A stretch of DNA of 64,000 bases from Escherichia coli O127:H6 str. E2348/69 (GTDB lineage: Bacteria; Pseudomonadota; Gammaproteobacteria; Enterobacterales; Enterobacteriaceae), in assembly GCF_000026545.1 (NCBI RefSeq), contig NC_011601.1; one strand, written 5' to 3'. Made by a program: the position numbers and the translations under genes. Below are positions 33,413 to 47,336 of this stretch, piece by piece. Under the pieces are notes generated by a model that saw nothing but the letters and a program-made list of their open reading frames with translations, ran no database searches and had not been told where the DNA came from. Numbering within the stretch: the stretch's first letter is position 1; every line of letters begins with the position of its first letter.

Positions 33413-36088
33413 TTAAGCGGATTTTTTCGCTTTTTTCTCAGCTTTAGCCGGAGCAGCTTCTTTCTTCGCTGCAGTTTCGCCTTCTACATAATCACGACCG
33501 TAGTAGGTATCCAGCAGAATCTGTTTCAGCTCGGAGATCAGCGGGTAACGCGGGTTAGCGCCGGTGCACTGGTCATCGAATGCATCTTCAGACAGTTTAT
33601 CCACGTTCGCCAGGAAGTCTGCTTCCTGAACGCCAGCTTCACGGATAGATTTCGGAATACCCAGTTCAGCTTTCAGCGTTTCCAGCCATGCCAGCAGTTT
33701 CTCGATCTTAGCTGCAGTACGGTCGCCCGGTGCGCTCAGACCCAGGTGGTCAGCAATTTCAGCATAACGACGGCGAGCCTGCGGACGGTCATACTGGCTG
33801 AATGCAGTCTGCTTGGTCGGGTTGTCATTCGCGTTGTAGCGAATAACGTTACAAATCAGCAGGGCGTTTGCCAGACCGTGCGGAATATGGAACTGGGAAC
33901 CCAGTTTGTGCGCCATTGAGTGACATACACCCAGGAAGGCGTTCGCAAACGCGATACCCGCGATAGTCGCTGCACTGTGAACACGTTCACGCGCTACCGG
34001 ATTTTTAGACCCTTCGTGGTAGGACACTGGCAGATATTCTTTCAGTAGTTTCAGTGCCTGCAGAGCCTGACCATCAGAGAACTCAGATGCCAGTACAGAA
34101 ACATAAGCTTCCATGGCGTGAGTTACTGCGTCCAGACCACCGAAAGCACACAGGGACTTCGGCATGTCCATAACAAGGTTGGCGTCGACAATCGCCATAT
34201 CCGGGGTCAGTGCATAGTCTGCCAGCGGATATTTCTGACCAGTAGTGTCGTCAGTTACAACCGCAAACGGAGTGACTTCAGAACCTGTACCGGAAGTGGT
34301 GGTGACAGCGATCATTTTCGCTTTCACACCCATTTTCGGGAACTTGTAGATACGTTTACGGATATCCATAAAGCGCAGCGCCAGTTCTTCGAAGTGAGTT
34401 TCCGGATGTTCGTACATAACCCACATGATCTTCGCAGCGTCCATCGGGGAACCACCACCCAGCGCGATAATCACGTCTGGTTTGAAGGAGTTTGCCAGTT
34501 CTGCACCTTTACGAACGATGCTCAGGGTCGGGTCAGCTTCTACTTCGAAGAAGACTTCAGTTTCAACGCCTGCTGCTTTCAATACGGAAGTGATCTGATC
34601 AGCATAACCATTGTTGAACAGGAAGCGGTCAGTCACGATGAGCGCACGTTTGTGGCCATCAGTAATCACTTCATCCAGCGCGATTGGCAGGGAGCCACGG
34701 CGGAAGTAGATAGATTTCGGAAGTTTGTGCCACAACATGTTTTCAGCTCGCTTAGCAACGGTTTTCTTGTTGATCAGGTGTTTCGGACCAACGTTTTCAG
34801 AGATGGAGTTACCACCCCAGGAACCACAACCCAGAGTCAGGGAAGGTGCGAGTTTGAAGTTATACAGGTCACCGATACCACCCTGAGAAGCCGGGGTGTT
34901 AATCAGGATACGAGCCGTTTTCATTTTCTGACCGAAGTAAGAAACGCGAGCCGGTTGGTTATCCTGGTCAGTGTACAGGCAAGAGGTATGACCGATACCG
35001 CCCATAGCAACCAGTTTCTCTGCTTTTTCTACCGCGTCTTCGAAATCTTTAGCACGGTACATTGCCAGAGTCGGGGACAGTTTTTCATGTGCGAACGGTT
35101 CGCTTTCATCAACAACGGTCACTTCGCCGATCAGAATCTTGGTGTTTTCTGGTACAGAGAAGCCTGCCAGTTCAGCAATTTTATAGGCTGGCTGACCAAC
35201 GATAGCCGCGTTCAGCGCACCGTTTTTCAGGATAACGTCCTGAACAGCTTTCAGCTCTTTACCCTGCAACAGATAGCCGCCGTGGGTTGCGAAACGTTCA
35301 CGTACTGCGTCATAAACAGAGTCAACAACAACAACAGACTGTTCAGAAGCACAGATTACACCGTTGTCGAAGGTTTTGGACATCAGTACAGATGCAACTG
35401 CACGTTTGATATCAGCAGTTTCATCGATAACAACCGGAGTGTTGCCCGCGCCTACGCCGATAGCTGGTTTACCGGAGCTGTATGCGGCTTTAACCATGCC
35501 CGGACCACCAGTCGCGAGGATCAGGTTGATGTCTGGGTGGTGCATCAGTGCGTTAGACAGTTCAACAGAAGGTTGATCGATCCAGCCGATCAGATCTTTC
35601 GGAGCACCGGCAGCGATAGCAGCCTGTAGAACGATATCAGCCGCTTTGTTGGTTGCATCTTTTGCACGCGGGTGCGGGGAGAAGATAATGGCGTTACGGG
35701 TCTTCAGGCTGATCAGCGATTTGAAGATAGCAGTTGAAGTCGGGTTAGTGGTCGGAACGATACCGCAAATAATACCGATGGGTTCAGCGATAGTGATGGT
35801 ACCAAAAGTGTCGTCTTCAGACAGAACACCACAGGTTTTTTCATCTTTATAGGCGTTGTAGATATATTCAGAAGCAAAGTGGTTTTTGATCACTTTATCT
35901 TCGACGATACCCATGCCGGATTCGGCAACGGCCATTTTCGCGAGTGGGATTCGAGCATCTGCAGCAGCCAGAGCGGCGGCGCGGAAGATTTTGTCTACTT
36001 GCTCTTGAGTGAAACTGGCATATTCACGCTGGGCTTTTTTTACACGCTCTACGAGTGCGTTAAGTTCAGCGACATTAGTAACAGCCAT
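33413..36088 (-). CDS. adhE: Bifunctional acetaldehyde-CoA/alcohol dehydrogenase
   Basis: 891 aa, [35 protein letters not shown]. Confidence 0.97.
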   Translation of the reverse strand: MAVTNVAELNALVERVKKAQREYASFTQEQVDKIFRAAALAAADARIPLAKMAVAESGMGIVEDKVIKNHFASEYIYNAYKDEKTCGVLSEDDTFGTITIAEPIGIICGIVPTTNPTSTAIFKSLISLKTRNAIIFSPHPRAKDATNKAADIVLQAAIAAGAPKDLIGWIDQPSVELSNALMHHPDINLILATGGPGMVKAAYSSGKPAIGVGAGNTPVVIDETADIKRAVASVLMSKTFDNGVICASEQSVVVVDSVYDAVRERFATHGGYLLQGKELKAVQDVILKNGALNAAIVGQPAYKIAELAGFSVPENTKILIGEVTVVDESEPFAHEKLSPTLAMYRAKDFEDAVEKAEKLVAMGGIGHTSCLYTDQDNQPARVSYFGQKMKTARILINTPASQGGIGDLYNFKLAPSLTLGCGSWGGNSISENVGPKHLINKKTVAKRAENMLWHKLPKSIYFRRGSLPIALDEVITDGHKRALIVTDRFLFNNGYADQITSVLKAAGVETEVFFEVEADPTLSIVRKGAELANSFKPDVIIALGGGSPMDAAKIMWVMYEHPETHFEELALRFMDIRKRIYKFPKMGVKAKMIAVTTTSGTGSEVTPFAVVTDDTTGQKYPLADYALTPDMAIVDANLVMDMPKSLCAFGGLDAVTHAMEAYVSVLASEFSDGQALQALKLLKEYLPVSYHEGSKNPVARERVHSAATIAGIAFANAFLGVCHSMAHKLGSQFHIPHGLANALLICNVIRYNANDNPTKQTAFSQYDRPQARRRYAEIADHLGLSAPGDRTAAKIEKLLAWLETLKAELGIPKSIREAGVQEADFLANVDKLSEDAFDDQCTGANPRYPLISELKQILLDTYYGRDYVEGETAAKKEAAPAKAEKKAKKSA

Positions 36089-36564
36089 AATGCTCTCCTG
36101 ATAATGTTAAACTTTTTTAGTAAATCATCTGCTCGAATACGAGAGTATAGTCAGTGCGGTGATGATTTGCTTAACCGATGGAAATCAAAAGCTTACTCGC
36201 GCTCACACTCACTGTGATTTACTAAAAGAGTTTAAACATTAGAGTTATTATCTCTAATGCGTCACTTCCAGGTGGCGTAAGCAAGATTACTCACTTCTGG
36301 GTACTGATTACGTGATCCAAATCAAATTTTTGCAAAGCTGACACCTTTCAGCATCGCTTTTCGCCATTATAGCTAACAGTTAATAAATTGTAGTATGATT
36401 TGTTGGATACATTATCATGTTTTGCACAACCAGATAACAATAACGAATGATAGCAATTTTAAGTAGTTAGGAGGTGAAAAATGCTGTCAAAAGGCGTATT
36501 GTCAGCGCGTCTTTTCAACCTTATTTATGGCTAACATTATCCGGCTTTTGCTTCGGAGCTAACC

Positions 36565-37212
36565 GTGATTCAGACCCTTTTTGATTTTCCCGTTTACTTC
36601 AAATTTTTCATCGGGTTATTTGCGCTGGTCAACCCGGTAGGGATTATTCCCGTCTTTATCAGCATGACCAGTTATCAGACAGCGGCAGCGCGAAACAAAA
36701 CTAACCTTACAGCCAACCTGTCTGTGGCCATTATCTTGTGGATCTCGCTTTTTCTCGGCGACACGATTCTACAACTTTTTGGTATATCAATTGATTCATT
36801 CCGTATCGCCGGTGGCATCCTGGTGGTGACAATAGCGATGTCGATGATCAGCGGCAAGCTTGGTGAGGATAAACAGAACAAGCAAGAAAAATCAGAAACC
36901 GCGGTACGTGAAAGCATTGGTGTGGTGCCATTGGCGTTGCCGTTGATGGCGGGGCCAGGGGCGATCAGTTCTACCATCGTCTGGGGTACGCGTTATCACA
37001 GCATTAGCTATCTGTTTGGTTTCTTTGTGGCTATTGCATTGTTCGCTTTATGTTGCTGGGGATTGTTCCGCATGGCACCGTGGCTGGTACGAGTTTTACG
37101 CCAGACCGGCATCAACGTGATTACGCGTATTATGGGGCTATTGCTGATGGCGTTGGGGATTGAATTTATCGTTACTGGTATTAAGGGGATTTTCCCCGGC
37201 CTGCTTAATTAA
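36565..37212 (+). CDS. ychE: MarC-family inner membrane protein YchE
   Basis: 215 aa polytopic membrane protein, conserved position. Confidence 0.85.
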   Translation: MIQTLFDFPVYFKFFIGLFALVNPVGIIPVFISMTSYQTAAARNKTNLTANLSVAIILWISLFLGDTILQLFGISIDSFRIAGGILVVTIAMSMISGKLGEDKQNKQEKSETAVRESIGVVPLALPLMAGPGAISSTIVWGTRYHSISYLFGFFVAIALFALCCWGLFRMAPWLVRVLRQTGINVITRIMGLLLMALGIEFIVTGIKGIFPGLLN

Positions 37213-37949
37213 TTCCTTTCAAATGAAACGGAGCTGCCATGCTCCGTTTACTTCGTCATTATTTTTACTTTGTTCCTGCGCAGTTATCAAAAGCAAAAGG
37301 AATAGGTAAAAATATTCTTCTCAAATTACAGTTAGTTATAGGGATTTCCTTAACTGCTTCTCCTCACCATCATGTTATTTTCGCCACATCATAATCCTGG
37401 GCTTGCTGAAGAATAATTGAAATGATATTAGTAATTCCACTGCCTTTGGTAGAGGAAAGTGCTAAATAATAATCAATTGTTAAATTATTGTGCATTTCAC
37501 TACTGGAACTGTAATCAGAAAAGAGAGACATGCTTAACCAACCTCTATTTGATTGAATTGAAAGATGTTTGTTAAGGCATGGATGCAAGCTATAGATTCT
37601 GATACGGTCAATAAAAGAGAATTGCTTAACAATTTTGCAAAATGTATTGGCGAGTAAGAACCGCATTTGGTACTTTCCGGGCAACCGCCAGGCGATTCTT
37701 TATTGGTAATGAGAATAATTAACAATTAAAGATCGTCGCGAAAGAATAATGTGTCTCGACAGGGGAGACACAGTACGAATCGACATAAGGTGATCGTCTG
37801 AATCACCAGAATAAATAAAGTCGGTGATAGTAATACGTAACGATAAAGTAACCTGACAGCAGAAAGTCTCCTAGCCTGTGCAGGGTCCCAATCCGGGATT
37901 ACACATGCTGGTTAATACCAGTAATTATAATGAGGGAGTCCAAAAAACA

Positions 37950-39581
37950 ATGACCAACATCACCAAGAGAAGTTTAGTAGCAGCTGGCGTTTTGGCTGCG
38001 CTTATGGCAGGGAATGTCGCGCTGGCAGCTGATGTACCCGCAGGTGTCACACTGGCGGAAAAACAAACGCTGGTACGTAACAATGGTTCAGAAGTTCAGT
38101 CATTAGATCCGCACAAAATTGAAGGTGTTCCGGAGTCTAATATCAGCCGAGACCTGTTTGAAGGCTTACTGGTCAGCGATCTTGACGGTCATCCGGCACC
38201 TGGCGTCGCTGAATCATGGGATAATAAAGACGCGAAAGTCTGGACCTTCCATTTGCGTAAAGATGCGAAATGGTCTGATGGCACGCCAGTTACAGCACAA
38301 GACTTTGTGTATAGCTGGCAACGTTCTGTTGATCCAAACACTGCTTCTCCGTATGCCAGTTATCTGCAATATGGGCATATCGCCGGTATTGATGAAATTC
38401 TTGAAGGGAAAAAACCGATTACCGATCTCGGCGTGAAAGCTATTGATGATCACACATTAGAAGTCACCTTAAGTGAACCTGTTCCGTACTTCTATAAATT
38501 ACTTGTTCACCCATCAACTTCACCGGTGCCAAAAGCCGCTATCGAGAAATTCGGCGAAAAATGGACCCAGCCTGGTAATATCGTCACCAACGGTGCCTAT
38601 ACCTTAAAAGATTGGGTCGTAAACGAACGAATCGTTCTTGAACGCAGCCCGACCTACTGGAACAACGCGAAAACCGTTATTAACCAGGTAACCTATTTGC
38701 CTATTGCTTCTGAAGTTACCGATGTCAACCGCTACCGTAGTGGTGAAATCGACATGACTTATAACAACATGCCGATCGAATTGTTCCAGAAGCTGAAAAA
38801 AGAGATCCCGGACGAAGTTCACGTTGATCCATACCTGTGCACTTACTATTACGAAATTAACAACCAGAAACCGCCATTTAATGACGTGCGTGTGCGTACC
38901 GCACTGAAATTGGGTATGGACCGCGATATCATTGTTAATAAAGTGAAAGCGCAGGGCGACATGCCCGCCTATGGTTACACTCCACCATATACTGATGGCG
39001 CAAAATTGACTCAGCCGGAATGGTTTGGCTGGAGCCAGGAAAAACGTAACGAAGAAGCGAAAAAACTGCTGGCTGAAGCGGGTTATACCGCAGACAAACC
39101 GTTGACCATCAACCTGTTGTATAACACCTCCGATCTGCATAAAAAGCTGGCGATTGCTGCCTCTTCATTGTGGAAGAAAAACATTGGTGTAAACGTCAAA
39201 CTGGTTAACCAGGAGTGGAAAACGTTCCTCGACACCCGTCACCAGGGCACTTTTGATGTGGCCCGTGCAGGCTGGTGTGCAGACTACAACGAACCAACTT
39301 CCTTCCTGAACACCATGCTGTCGAACAGCTCAATGAATACCGCGCATTATAAGAGCCCGGCCTTTGACAGCATTATGGCGGAAACGCTGAAAGTGACTGA
39401 CGAGGCGCAGCGTACAGCTCTGTACACTAAAGCAGAACAACAGCTGGATAAGGATTCGGCCATTGTTCCTGTTTATTACTACGTGAATGCGCGTTTGGTG
39501 AAACCGTGGGTTGGTGGCTATACCGGCAAAGATCCGCTGGATAATACCTACACCCGGAATATGTACATTGTGAAGCACTAA
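37950..39581 (+). CDS. oppA: Oligopeptide ABC transporter periplasmic binding protein
   Basis: ATG 37950 after GAGGGAG; MTNITKRSLVAAGVLAALMAGNVALA signal peptide. Confidence 0.95.
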   Translation: MTNITKRSLVAAGVLAALMAGNVALAADVPAGVTLAEKQTLVRNNGSEVQSLDPHKIEGVPESNISRDLFEGLLVSDLDGHPAPGVAESWDNKDAKVWTFHLRKDAKWSDGTPVTAQDFVYSWQRSVDPNTASPYASYLQYGHIAGIDEILEGKKPITDLGVKAIDDHTLEVTLSEPVPYFYKLLVHPSTSPVPKAAIEKFGEKWTQPGNIVTNGAYTLKDWVVNERIVLERSPTYWNNAKTVINQVTYLPIASEVTDVNRYRSGEIDMTYNNMPIELFQKLKKEIPDEVHVDPYLCTYYYEINNQKPPFNDVRVRTALKLGMDRDIIVNKVKAQGDMPAYGYTPPYTDGAKLTQPEWFGWSQEKRNEEAKKLLAEAGYTADKPLTINLLYNTSDLHKKLAIAASSLWKKNIGVNVKLVNQEWKTFLDTRHQGTFDVARAGWCADYNEPTSFLNTMLSNSSMNTAHYKSPAFDSIMAETLKVTDEAQRTALYTKAEQQLDKDSAIVPVYYYVNARLVKPWVGGYTGKDPLDNTYTRNMYIVKH

Positions 39582-39666
39582 TGGCAATACGTGGGGCAGG
39601 AGTGTCCTGCTCCACGGTGTCTGATTTTTATCGCATTACAGAAGGCACAGGCCAGAAGGTAGGGCA

Positions 39667-40587
39667 ATGTTAAAATTTATTCTACGTCGCTGTCTGGAAG
39701 CGATTCCGACGCTATTTATTCTTATTACTATTTCGTTCTTTATGATGCGCCTCGCTCCGGGCAGTCCTTTTACCGGCGAACGTACTTTACCACCGGAAGT
39801 GATGGCCAATATCGAAGCGAAATATCATCTTAATGATCCGATCATGACTCAGTATTTCAGCTACCTGAAACAACTGGCGCATGGCGATTTCGGTCCATCG
39901 TTTAAATATAAAGATTATTCGGTCAATGACCTGGTTGCATCCAGTTTTCCCGTTTCTGCCAAACTGGGAGCCGCAGCATTTTTTCTTGCGGTAATACTGG
40001 GTGTTAGTGCTGGCGTTATTGCCGCATTAAAGCAAAACACCAAATGGGACTATACCGTGATGGGGCTGGCAATGACCGGGGTTGTTATCCCCAGTTTTGT
40101 GGTTGCGCCATTATTAGTCATGATATTTGCGATCATTTTGCATTGGCTGCCGGGCGGTGGCTGGAATGGTGGAGCGCTTAAATTCATGATATTGCCAATG
40201 GTGGCGTTATCACTCGCCTATATCGCCAGTATTGCGCGTATTACCCGTGGCTCTATGATTGAGGTTTTACACTCCAACTTTATTCGTACTGCCCGGGCGA
40301 AAGGGTTACCTATGCGGCGGATCATTTTACGCCACGCATTAAAACCTGCTCTGTTACCCGTGCTCTCCTATATGGGGCCCGCATTTGTCGGCATTATTAC
40401 CGGTTCGATGGTCATCGAAACCATTTATGGTTTACCGGGGATTGGGCAATTGTTCGTTAATGGCGCATTGAACCGTGACTATTCCTTAGTGTTAAGTCTG
40501 ACCATTCTGGTTGGCGCGTTAACCATTTTGTTTAATGCCATTGTCGATGTGCTATATGCGGTTATCGACCCGAAAATCCGTTACTGA
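39667..40587 (+). CDS. oppB: Oligopeptide ABC transporter permease
   Basis: 306 aa membrane permease, operon position. Confidence 0.95.
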   Translation: MLKFILRRCLEAIPTLFILITISFFMMRLAPGSPFTGERTLPPEVMANIEAKYHLNDPIMTQYFSYLKQLAHGDFGPSFKYKDYSVNDLVASSFPVSAKLGAAAFFLAVILGVSAGVIAALKQNTKWDYTVMGLAMTGVVIPSFVVAPLLVMIFAIILHWLPGGGWNGGALKFMILPMVALSLAYIASIARITRGSMIEVLHSNFIRTARAKGLPMRRIILRHALKPALLPVLSYMGPAFVGIITGSMVIETIYGLPGIGQLFVNGALNRDYSLVLSLTILVGALTILFNAIVDVLYAVIDPKIRY

Positions 40588-40601
40588 TACTGGAGCTCGC
40601 G

Positions 40602-41510
40602 ATGATGTTAAGTAAGAAAAACAGCGAGACGCTGGAAAATTTCAGTGAAAAGCTGGAGGTCGAAGGGCGCAGCTTGTGGCAGGACGCACGTCGACGTTTT
40701 ATGCATAACCGTGCGGCGGTTGCCAGTCTGATAGTGCTGGTGCTGATCGCGTTATTTGTAATCCTGGCACCGATGCTTTCGCAGTTTGCCTATGATGATA
40801 CTGACTGGGCGATGATGTCCAGCGCCCCGGATATGGAGTCCGGTCACTACTTTGGTACTGACTCATCCGGTCGCGACCTGCTTGTGCGCGTTGCGATTGG
40901 CGGGCGTATCTCACTCATGGTCGGTGTTGCTGCGGCACTGGTGGCAGTGGTCGTGGGGACACTTTATGGTTCGCTTTCCGGTTATCTGGGCGGTAAAGTG
41001 GATTCGGTAATGATGCGTCTGCTGGAAATCCTCAACTCCTTCCCATTCATGTTCTTCGTCATTTTGCTGGTGACCTTTTTCGGTCAAAACATCCTGCTGA
41101 TTTTCGTGGCGATTGGCATGGTTTCCTGGCTGGATATGGCTCGTATTGTGCGTGGGCAAACCCTGAGTCTGAAGCGCAAAGAGTTTATTGAGGCGGCACA
41201 AGTTGGCGGTGTATCGACGCCGGGCATTGTTATTCGCCACATTGTGCCGAACGTACTCGGTGTGGTGGTGGTCTATGCGTCGCTTCTGGTGCCCAGCATG
41301 ATCCTCTTTGAATCTTTCCTTAGCTTCCTGGGATTAGGTACGCAAGAGCCGTTAAGCAGCTGGGGTGCATTGCTGAGTGATGGCGCGAACTCGATGGAAG
41401 TCTCTCCATGGTTACTGTTGTTCCCTGCGGGATTCCTCGTGGTAACGCTGTTTTGTTTCAACTTTATCGGCGATGGCTTGCGTGATGCCCTCGACCCGAA
41501 AGATCGTTAA
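40602..41510 (+). CDS. oppC: Oligopeptide ABC transporter permease
   Basis: 302 aa membrane permease, operon position. Confidence 0.95.
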   Translation: MMLSKKNSETLENFSEKLEVEGRSLWQDARRRFMHNRAAVASLIVLVLIALFVILAPMLSQFAYDDTDWAMMSSAPDMESGHYFGTDSSGRDLLVRVAIGGRISLMVGVAAALVAVVVGTLYGSLSGYLGGKVDSVMMRLLEILNSFPFMFFVILLVTFFGQNILLIFVAIGMVSWLDMARIVRGQTLSLKRKEFIEAAQVGGVSTPGIVIRHIVPNVLGVVVVYASLLVPSMILFESFLSFLGLGTQEPLSSWGALLSDGANSMEVSPWLLLFPAGFLVVTLFCFNFIGDGLRDALDPKDR

Positions 41511-41521
41511 GGAGTGCAGCC

Positions 41522-42535
41522 ATGAGCGTAATTGAAACTGCAACTGTGCCGCTCGCACAACAACAGGCTGACGCACTGCTGAACGTGAAAGATTTGCGTG
41601 TCACCTTTAGTACCCCGGATGGCGACGTCACGGCGGTCAATGATTTGAATTTTTCGCTACGTGCCGGAGAAACGCTGGGCATCGTAGGTGAGTCTGGTTC
41701 GGGCAAATCGCAAACCGCATTTGCGTTGATGGGCCTGTTGGCTGCCAACGGACGTATTGGCGGATCGGCAACCTTCAATGGGCGTGAAATCCTCAATTTG
41801 CCAGAGCGTGAACTCAATAAACTGCGAGCTGAACAAATCTCAATGATTTTTCAGGACCCAATGACTTCGTTGAATCCCTATATGCGCGTCGGTGAGCAGT
41901 TGATGGAAGTGCTGATGCTGCATAAGAACATGAGCAAAGCTGAGGCGTTTGAAGAATCGGTGCGGATGCTCGATGCGGTAAAAATGCCGGAAGCGCGTAA
42001 ACGCATGAAAATGTACCCGCACGAATTTTCTGGCGGCATGCGTCAGCGAGTCATGATTGCGATGGCATTGCTATGTCGACCTAAGCTGCTGATTGCGGAT
42101 GAACCCACTACTGCGCTGGACGTCACCGTACAGGCGCAGATCATGACGCTATTGAATGAACTGAAGCGGGAATTTAATACCGCCATCATTATGATTACCC
42201 ACGATCTTGGCGTGGTGGCGGGGATCTGCGACAAAGTGCTGGTAATGTACGCCGGGCGCACGATGGAATATGGCAACGCGCGCGATGTCTTTTATCAACC
42301 CGTACATCCTTATTCTATCGGTTTGCTCAACGCGGTGCCGCGTCTCGATGCGGAAGGTGAAACAATGTTGACTATTCCGGGTAATCCGCCAAACCTGCTG
42401 CGATTACCGAAAGGTTGCCCGTTCCAGCCACGTTGTCCGCATGCGATGGACATTTGTAGTAGCGCACCGCCGCTGGAAGAGTTTACGCCTGGCCGTCTGC
42501 GTGCTTGCTTTAAACCGGTGGAGGAACTGTTATGA
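41522..42535 (+). CDS. oppD: Oligopeptide ABC transporter ATP-binding protein
   Basis: Walker A GESGSGKS, ABC signature LSGGMRQR. Confidence 0.95.
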   Translation: MSVIETATVPLAQQQADALLNVKDLRVTFSTPDGDVTAVNDLNFSLRAGETLGIVGESGSGKSQTAFALMGLLAANGRIGGSATFNGREILNLPERELNKLRAEQISMIFQDPMTSLNPYMRVGEQLMEVLMLHKNMSKAEAFEESVRMLDAVKMPEARKRMKMYPHEFSGGMRQRVMIAMALLCRPKLLIADEPTTALDVTVQAQIMTLLNELKREFNTAIIMITHDLGVVAGICDKVLVMYAGRTMEYGNARDVFYQPVHPYSIGLLNAVPRLDAEGETMLTIPGNPPNLLRLPKGCPFQPRCPHAMDICSSAPPLEEFTPGRLRACFKPVEELL

Positions 42536-43536
42536 ATGCTGTAACCGAAGGAAGAAAAGTCCTCCTCGAAATCGCCGATCTGAAAGTGCACTTTGAAATC
42601 AAAGATGGCAAACAGTGGTTCTGGCAACCGCCGAAAACGCTCAAAGCCGTCGATGGTGTAACTCTTCGCCTGTATGAAGGGGAAACATTAGGTGTGGTAG
42701 GGGAATCGGGATGCGGTAAGTCCACCTTTGCTCGCGCCATCATTGGCCTGGTTAAAGCGACCGACGGTCATGTTGCCTGGTTAGGTAAAGAGTTGCTGGG
42801 CATGAAGCCCGATGAATGGCGTGCCGTACGCAGTGATATTCAGATGATTTTCCAGGATCCGTTGGCATCGCTGAACCCGCGTATGACCATCGGCGAGATC
42901 ATCGCTGAACCACTGCGTACTTATCATCCGAAAATGTCACGCCAGGAAGTTCGCGAGCGCGTGAAGGCGATGATGCTGAAAGTCGGTTTGTTGCCTAATC
43001 TGATTAACCGCTATCCGCATGAGTTCTCCGGTGGGCAGTGCCAGCGTATCGGGATTGCTCGTGCTCTTATTCTTGAACCGAAGCTGATTATCTGTGATGA
43101 GCCGGTGTCGGCGCTGGACGTGTCAATTCAGGCGCAGGTGGTCAACCTGCTCCAGCAGCTGCAACGCGAGATGGGATTGTCATTAATTTTTATCGCTCAC
43201 GACCTGGCCGTGGTAAAACACATTTCCGATCGTGTGCTGGTGATGTATCTCGGCCATGCGGTAGAACTGGGGACCTATGATGAGGTCTACCACAATCCGC
43301 TACATCCTTACACCAGGGCATTGATGTCGGCAGTCCCCATACCTGATCCGGATCTGGAGAAGAACAAAACCATCCAGTTACTGGAAGGGGAATTACCATC
43401 GCCGATCAACCCGCCTTCCGGTTGTGTTTTCCGTACCCGTTGTCCGATTGCCGGTCCTGAGTGCGCCAAAACACGTCCTGTGCTGGAAGGGAGTTTCAGA
43501 CACGCCGTTTCTTGCCTGAAAGTCGATCCGCTTTAA
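42532..43536 (+). CDS. oppF: Oligopeptide ABC transporter ATP-binding protein
   Basis: Walker A GESGCGKS, signature FSGGQCQR. Confidence 0.95.
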   Translation: MNAVTEGRKVLLEIADLKVHFEIKDGKQWFWQPPKTLKAVDGVTLRLYEGETLGVVGESGCGKSTFARAIIGLVKATDGHVAWLGKELLGMKPDEWRAVRSDIQMIFQDPLASLNPRMTIGEIIAEPLRTYHPKMSRQEVRERVKAMMLKVGLLPNLINRYPHEFSGGQCQRIGIARALILEPKLIICDEPVSALDVSIQAQVVNLLQQLQREMGLSLIFIAHDLAVVKHISDRVLVMYLGHAVELGTYDEVYHNPLHPYTRALMSAVPIPDPDLEKNKTIQLLEGELPSPINPPSGCVFRTRCPIAGPECAKTRPVLEGSFRHAVSCLKVDPL

Positions 43537-43544
43537 AAGCAATA

Positions 43545-43570
43545 AGGGCTGACAGTTGTCAGCCCTTATT
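43545..43570. terminator. Bidirectional terminator between oppF and yciU
   Basis: AAGGGCTGACA-gt-TGTCAGCCCTT inverted repeat. Confidence 0.7.
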
Positions 43571-43588
43571 CACGCCAAAAGCGATTAT

Positions 43589-45413
<1,825 letters not shown>

Positions 45414-45555
45414 AGATTAGAAATCCTTTTGAAAGCGCATTGTTATGAGTTTACGCATATGGATTCATCTGGCAAATAAAAACGCGGGAAAAGCACTGGT
45501 CAGCGTCAGGGGCGGGGGTATAATGACCATTCTGTTGTTGCATAGAGTAGTTAAC

Positions 45556-45729
45556 ATGAAGCGGAGTAGAACGGAAGTGGGGCGCTGGCGCATGCAGCGT
45601 CAGGCTAGCCGACGTAAATCGCGTTGGCTTGAGGGGCAGTCGCGCCGAAATATGCGTATCCACAGCATCAGGAAGTGCATTCTAAACAAACAGCGTAACT
45701 CGTTATTGTTTGCGATCTACAATATCTAA
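45556..45729 (+). CDS. yciY: Small basic protein YciY
   Basis: 57 aa MKRSRTEVGRWRMQRQASRRKSRW...; recalled as yciY, moderate certainty. Confidence 0.55.
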   Translation: MKRSRTEVGRWRMQRQASRRKSRWLEGQSRRNMRIHSIRKCILNKQRNSLLFAIYNI

Positions 45730-45783
45730 ATGTACTGGGCACCATTGCGGTGCCCAATAAGTTTACTCTTCCGTCTTTAAACT

Positions 45784-47055
45784 CTATTTTTGCGCCGATT
45801 CTTTACTGTCAGCTTTCGTTTCTTGTTCATCGTTATCGCTGAAAATGCCATGACCGGAGTTCAACAACATTGAAACGAGCATATCATTATTAATCTCTTC
45901 ACCATTTAAAACTCGCGCCAGAATTTCGCTGCCAAACAGTTGTGGTGAGAGGATGATATCCGGATGTACCATCTTAATCTTATTCAGGTTTTTGCTATCA
46001 CTGACGGCGAGAACTGTTTTGACATCACTGCTCATATCTTTTGCCGAGAGTACAACAAACGCGTTATCTGCATCGTTATCACTCAGCGCCAGAATGGCCC
46101 GGCAACGATCGATTCCCGCTTTCTTTAACACTGAACTGTCATTACTGTCACCGGGGATAACATCGGCGTTATCGCCTAAGCGTTGCTCAAGTTGCTTGAT
46201 ATCATCTTCAGGCAAGTTGCTGATAACCGTTACGTTTTGTCCGCGTTGATTCAGTTGCAGAATCGTATTGATGGCGAGAATCGAATGTCCGCAAACAATA
46301 AAATGATCTTTACGATGCATTGTATGATTGTTTCCTTTTACAAGTTTGTTGAATCCCCCGCGGATAAGCGGACCAAAAATTGAGGTCATAGATGTGGCAA
46401 AAACGGTAATGCCGGAAATAATGACCGAAATAGTGAACAATCGTGCTGATTCAGAAACAGGGACAATATCGCCATAGCCGACGGTTGACATGGTTTCTAT
46501 CGAAAAATAGAACGCGGTCATCAAACTTTCTATTCGCGGATTAAAACCTTCGCTTAAATAAAGCGCACCGTAAGTGGAGTAAAACAGTAACGTCGTGAAA
46601 CTAATAAATGCGAAAATTGTCCCGGCTGCTGCGCTACTGTGGGAGAAGTCTTTGCGCAGTATCAGCAAAAACACCAGCGTAAAAATGCAAAATCCAATAC
46701 TAAATTTCAGCCAGGGATAAAAATGCAGAGTGTAAATTAGCGCTATCAACAACAAAATGATACTGATTGCCCATGCGAGCTTTGCCCGGAACAGTAAGCC
46801 AATGGAGTTCAGGACAAGAAATACGCCGAGCATAAATAGTGGGGCGTTTGCCAGCAAGGAGAGATCCAGCTCTGAAAATGCTTTGATATGGAAAATATCA
46901 AGCAAATTGACCGACATACCATAGATTGTTTTAAAAATAAGCAATCCATTTAAAAAGACGGCCAGCGCGAGAATGTCGTGCCGTAGGGTCACCCATAACT
47001 TTGTTGCTGTTTGTTTGAATGTAGTCCAGTGACTCACTGATACCTCTGTAACCAC
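45784..47055 (-). CDS. kch: Voltage-gated potassium channel Kch
   Basis: TVGYGD selectivity filter and RCK/TrkA-N domain; exact start uncertain. Confidence 0.92.
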   Translation of the reverse strand: MVTEVSVSHWTTFKQTATKLWVTLRHDILALAVFLNGLLIFKTIYGMSVNLLDIFHIKAFSELDLSLLANAPLFMLGVFLVLNSIGLLFRAKLAWAISIILLLIALIYTLHFYPWLKFSIGFCIFTLVFLLILRKDFSHSSAAAGTIFAFISFTTLLFYSTYGALYLSEGFNPRIESLMTAFYFSIETMSTVGYGDIVPVSESARLFTISVIISGITVFATSMTSIFGPLIRGGFNKLVKGNNHTMHRKDHFIVCGHSILAINTILQLNQRGQNVTVISNLPEDDIKQLEQRLGDNADVIPGDSNDSSVLKKAGIDRCRAILALSDNDADNAFVVLSAKDMSSDVKTVLAVSDSKNLNKIKMVHPDIILSPQLFGSEILARVLNGEEINNDMLVSMLLNSGHGIFSDNDEQETKADSKESAQK

Positions 47056-47336
47056 AATTTTGTTTAATTATCTCAACGTGCACATTTTCTGAACATACAT
47101 GCAGCGCGTGAATGTGTTAAACAATAGTAGATGACTTTATCCGCAGTAATCAAAGGTTTTGAGTGAGCAACTCTGCGTCAGGAAAGGGCATTTTCCTGAA
47201 TATGTTCACATCATATAAAGAAATACAGATAAAGTTATTATCTGCTTGTGGTGGTGAATGCACTGACCGACCTATAAGGAAAGGCCAAACAAGAACACGG
47301 TTGCAAAAACCGTGCCCTTAAATATTGAATTTCTAT

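Noticed and set aside
34118-35629. 503-aa plus-strand ORF inside adhE
   Set aside because: Antisense shadow of adhE
37370-37684. 104-aa minus-strand ORF in the AT-rich ychE-oppA intergenic region
   Set aside because: No ribosome site context or recognisable domain; the region is more plausibly the long oppA leader/promoter
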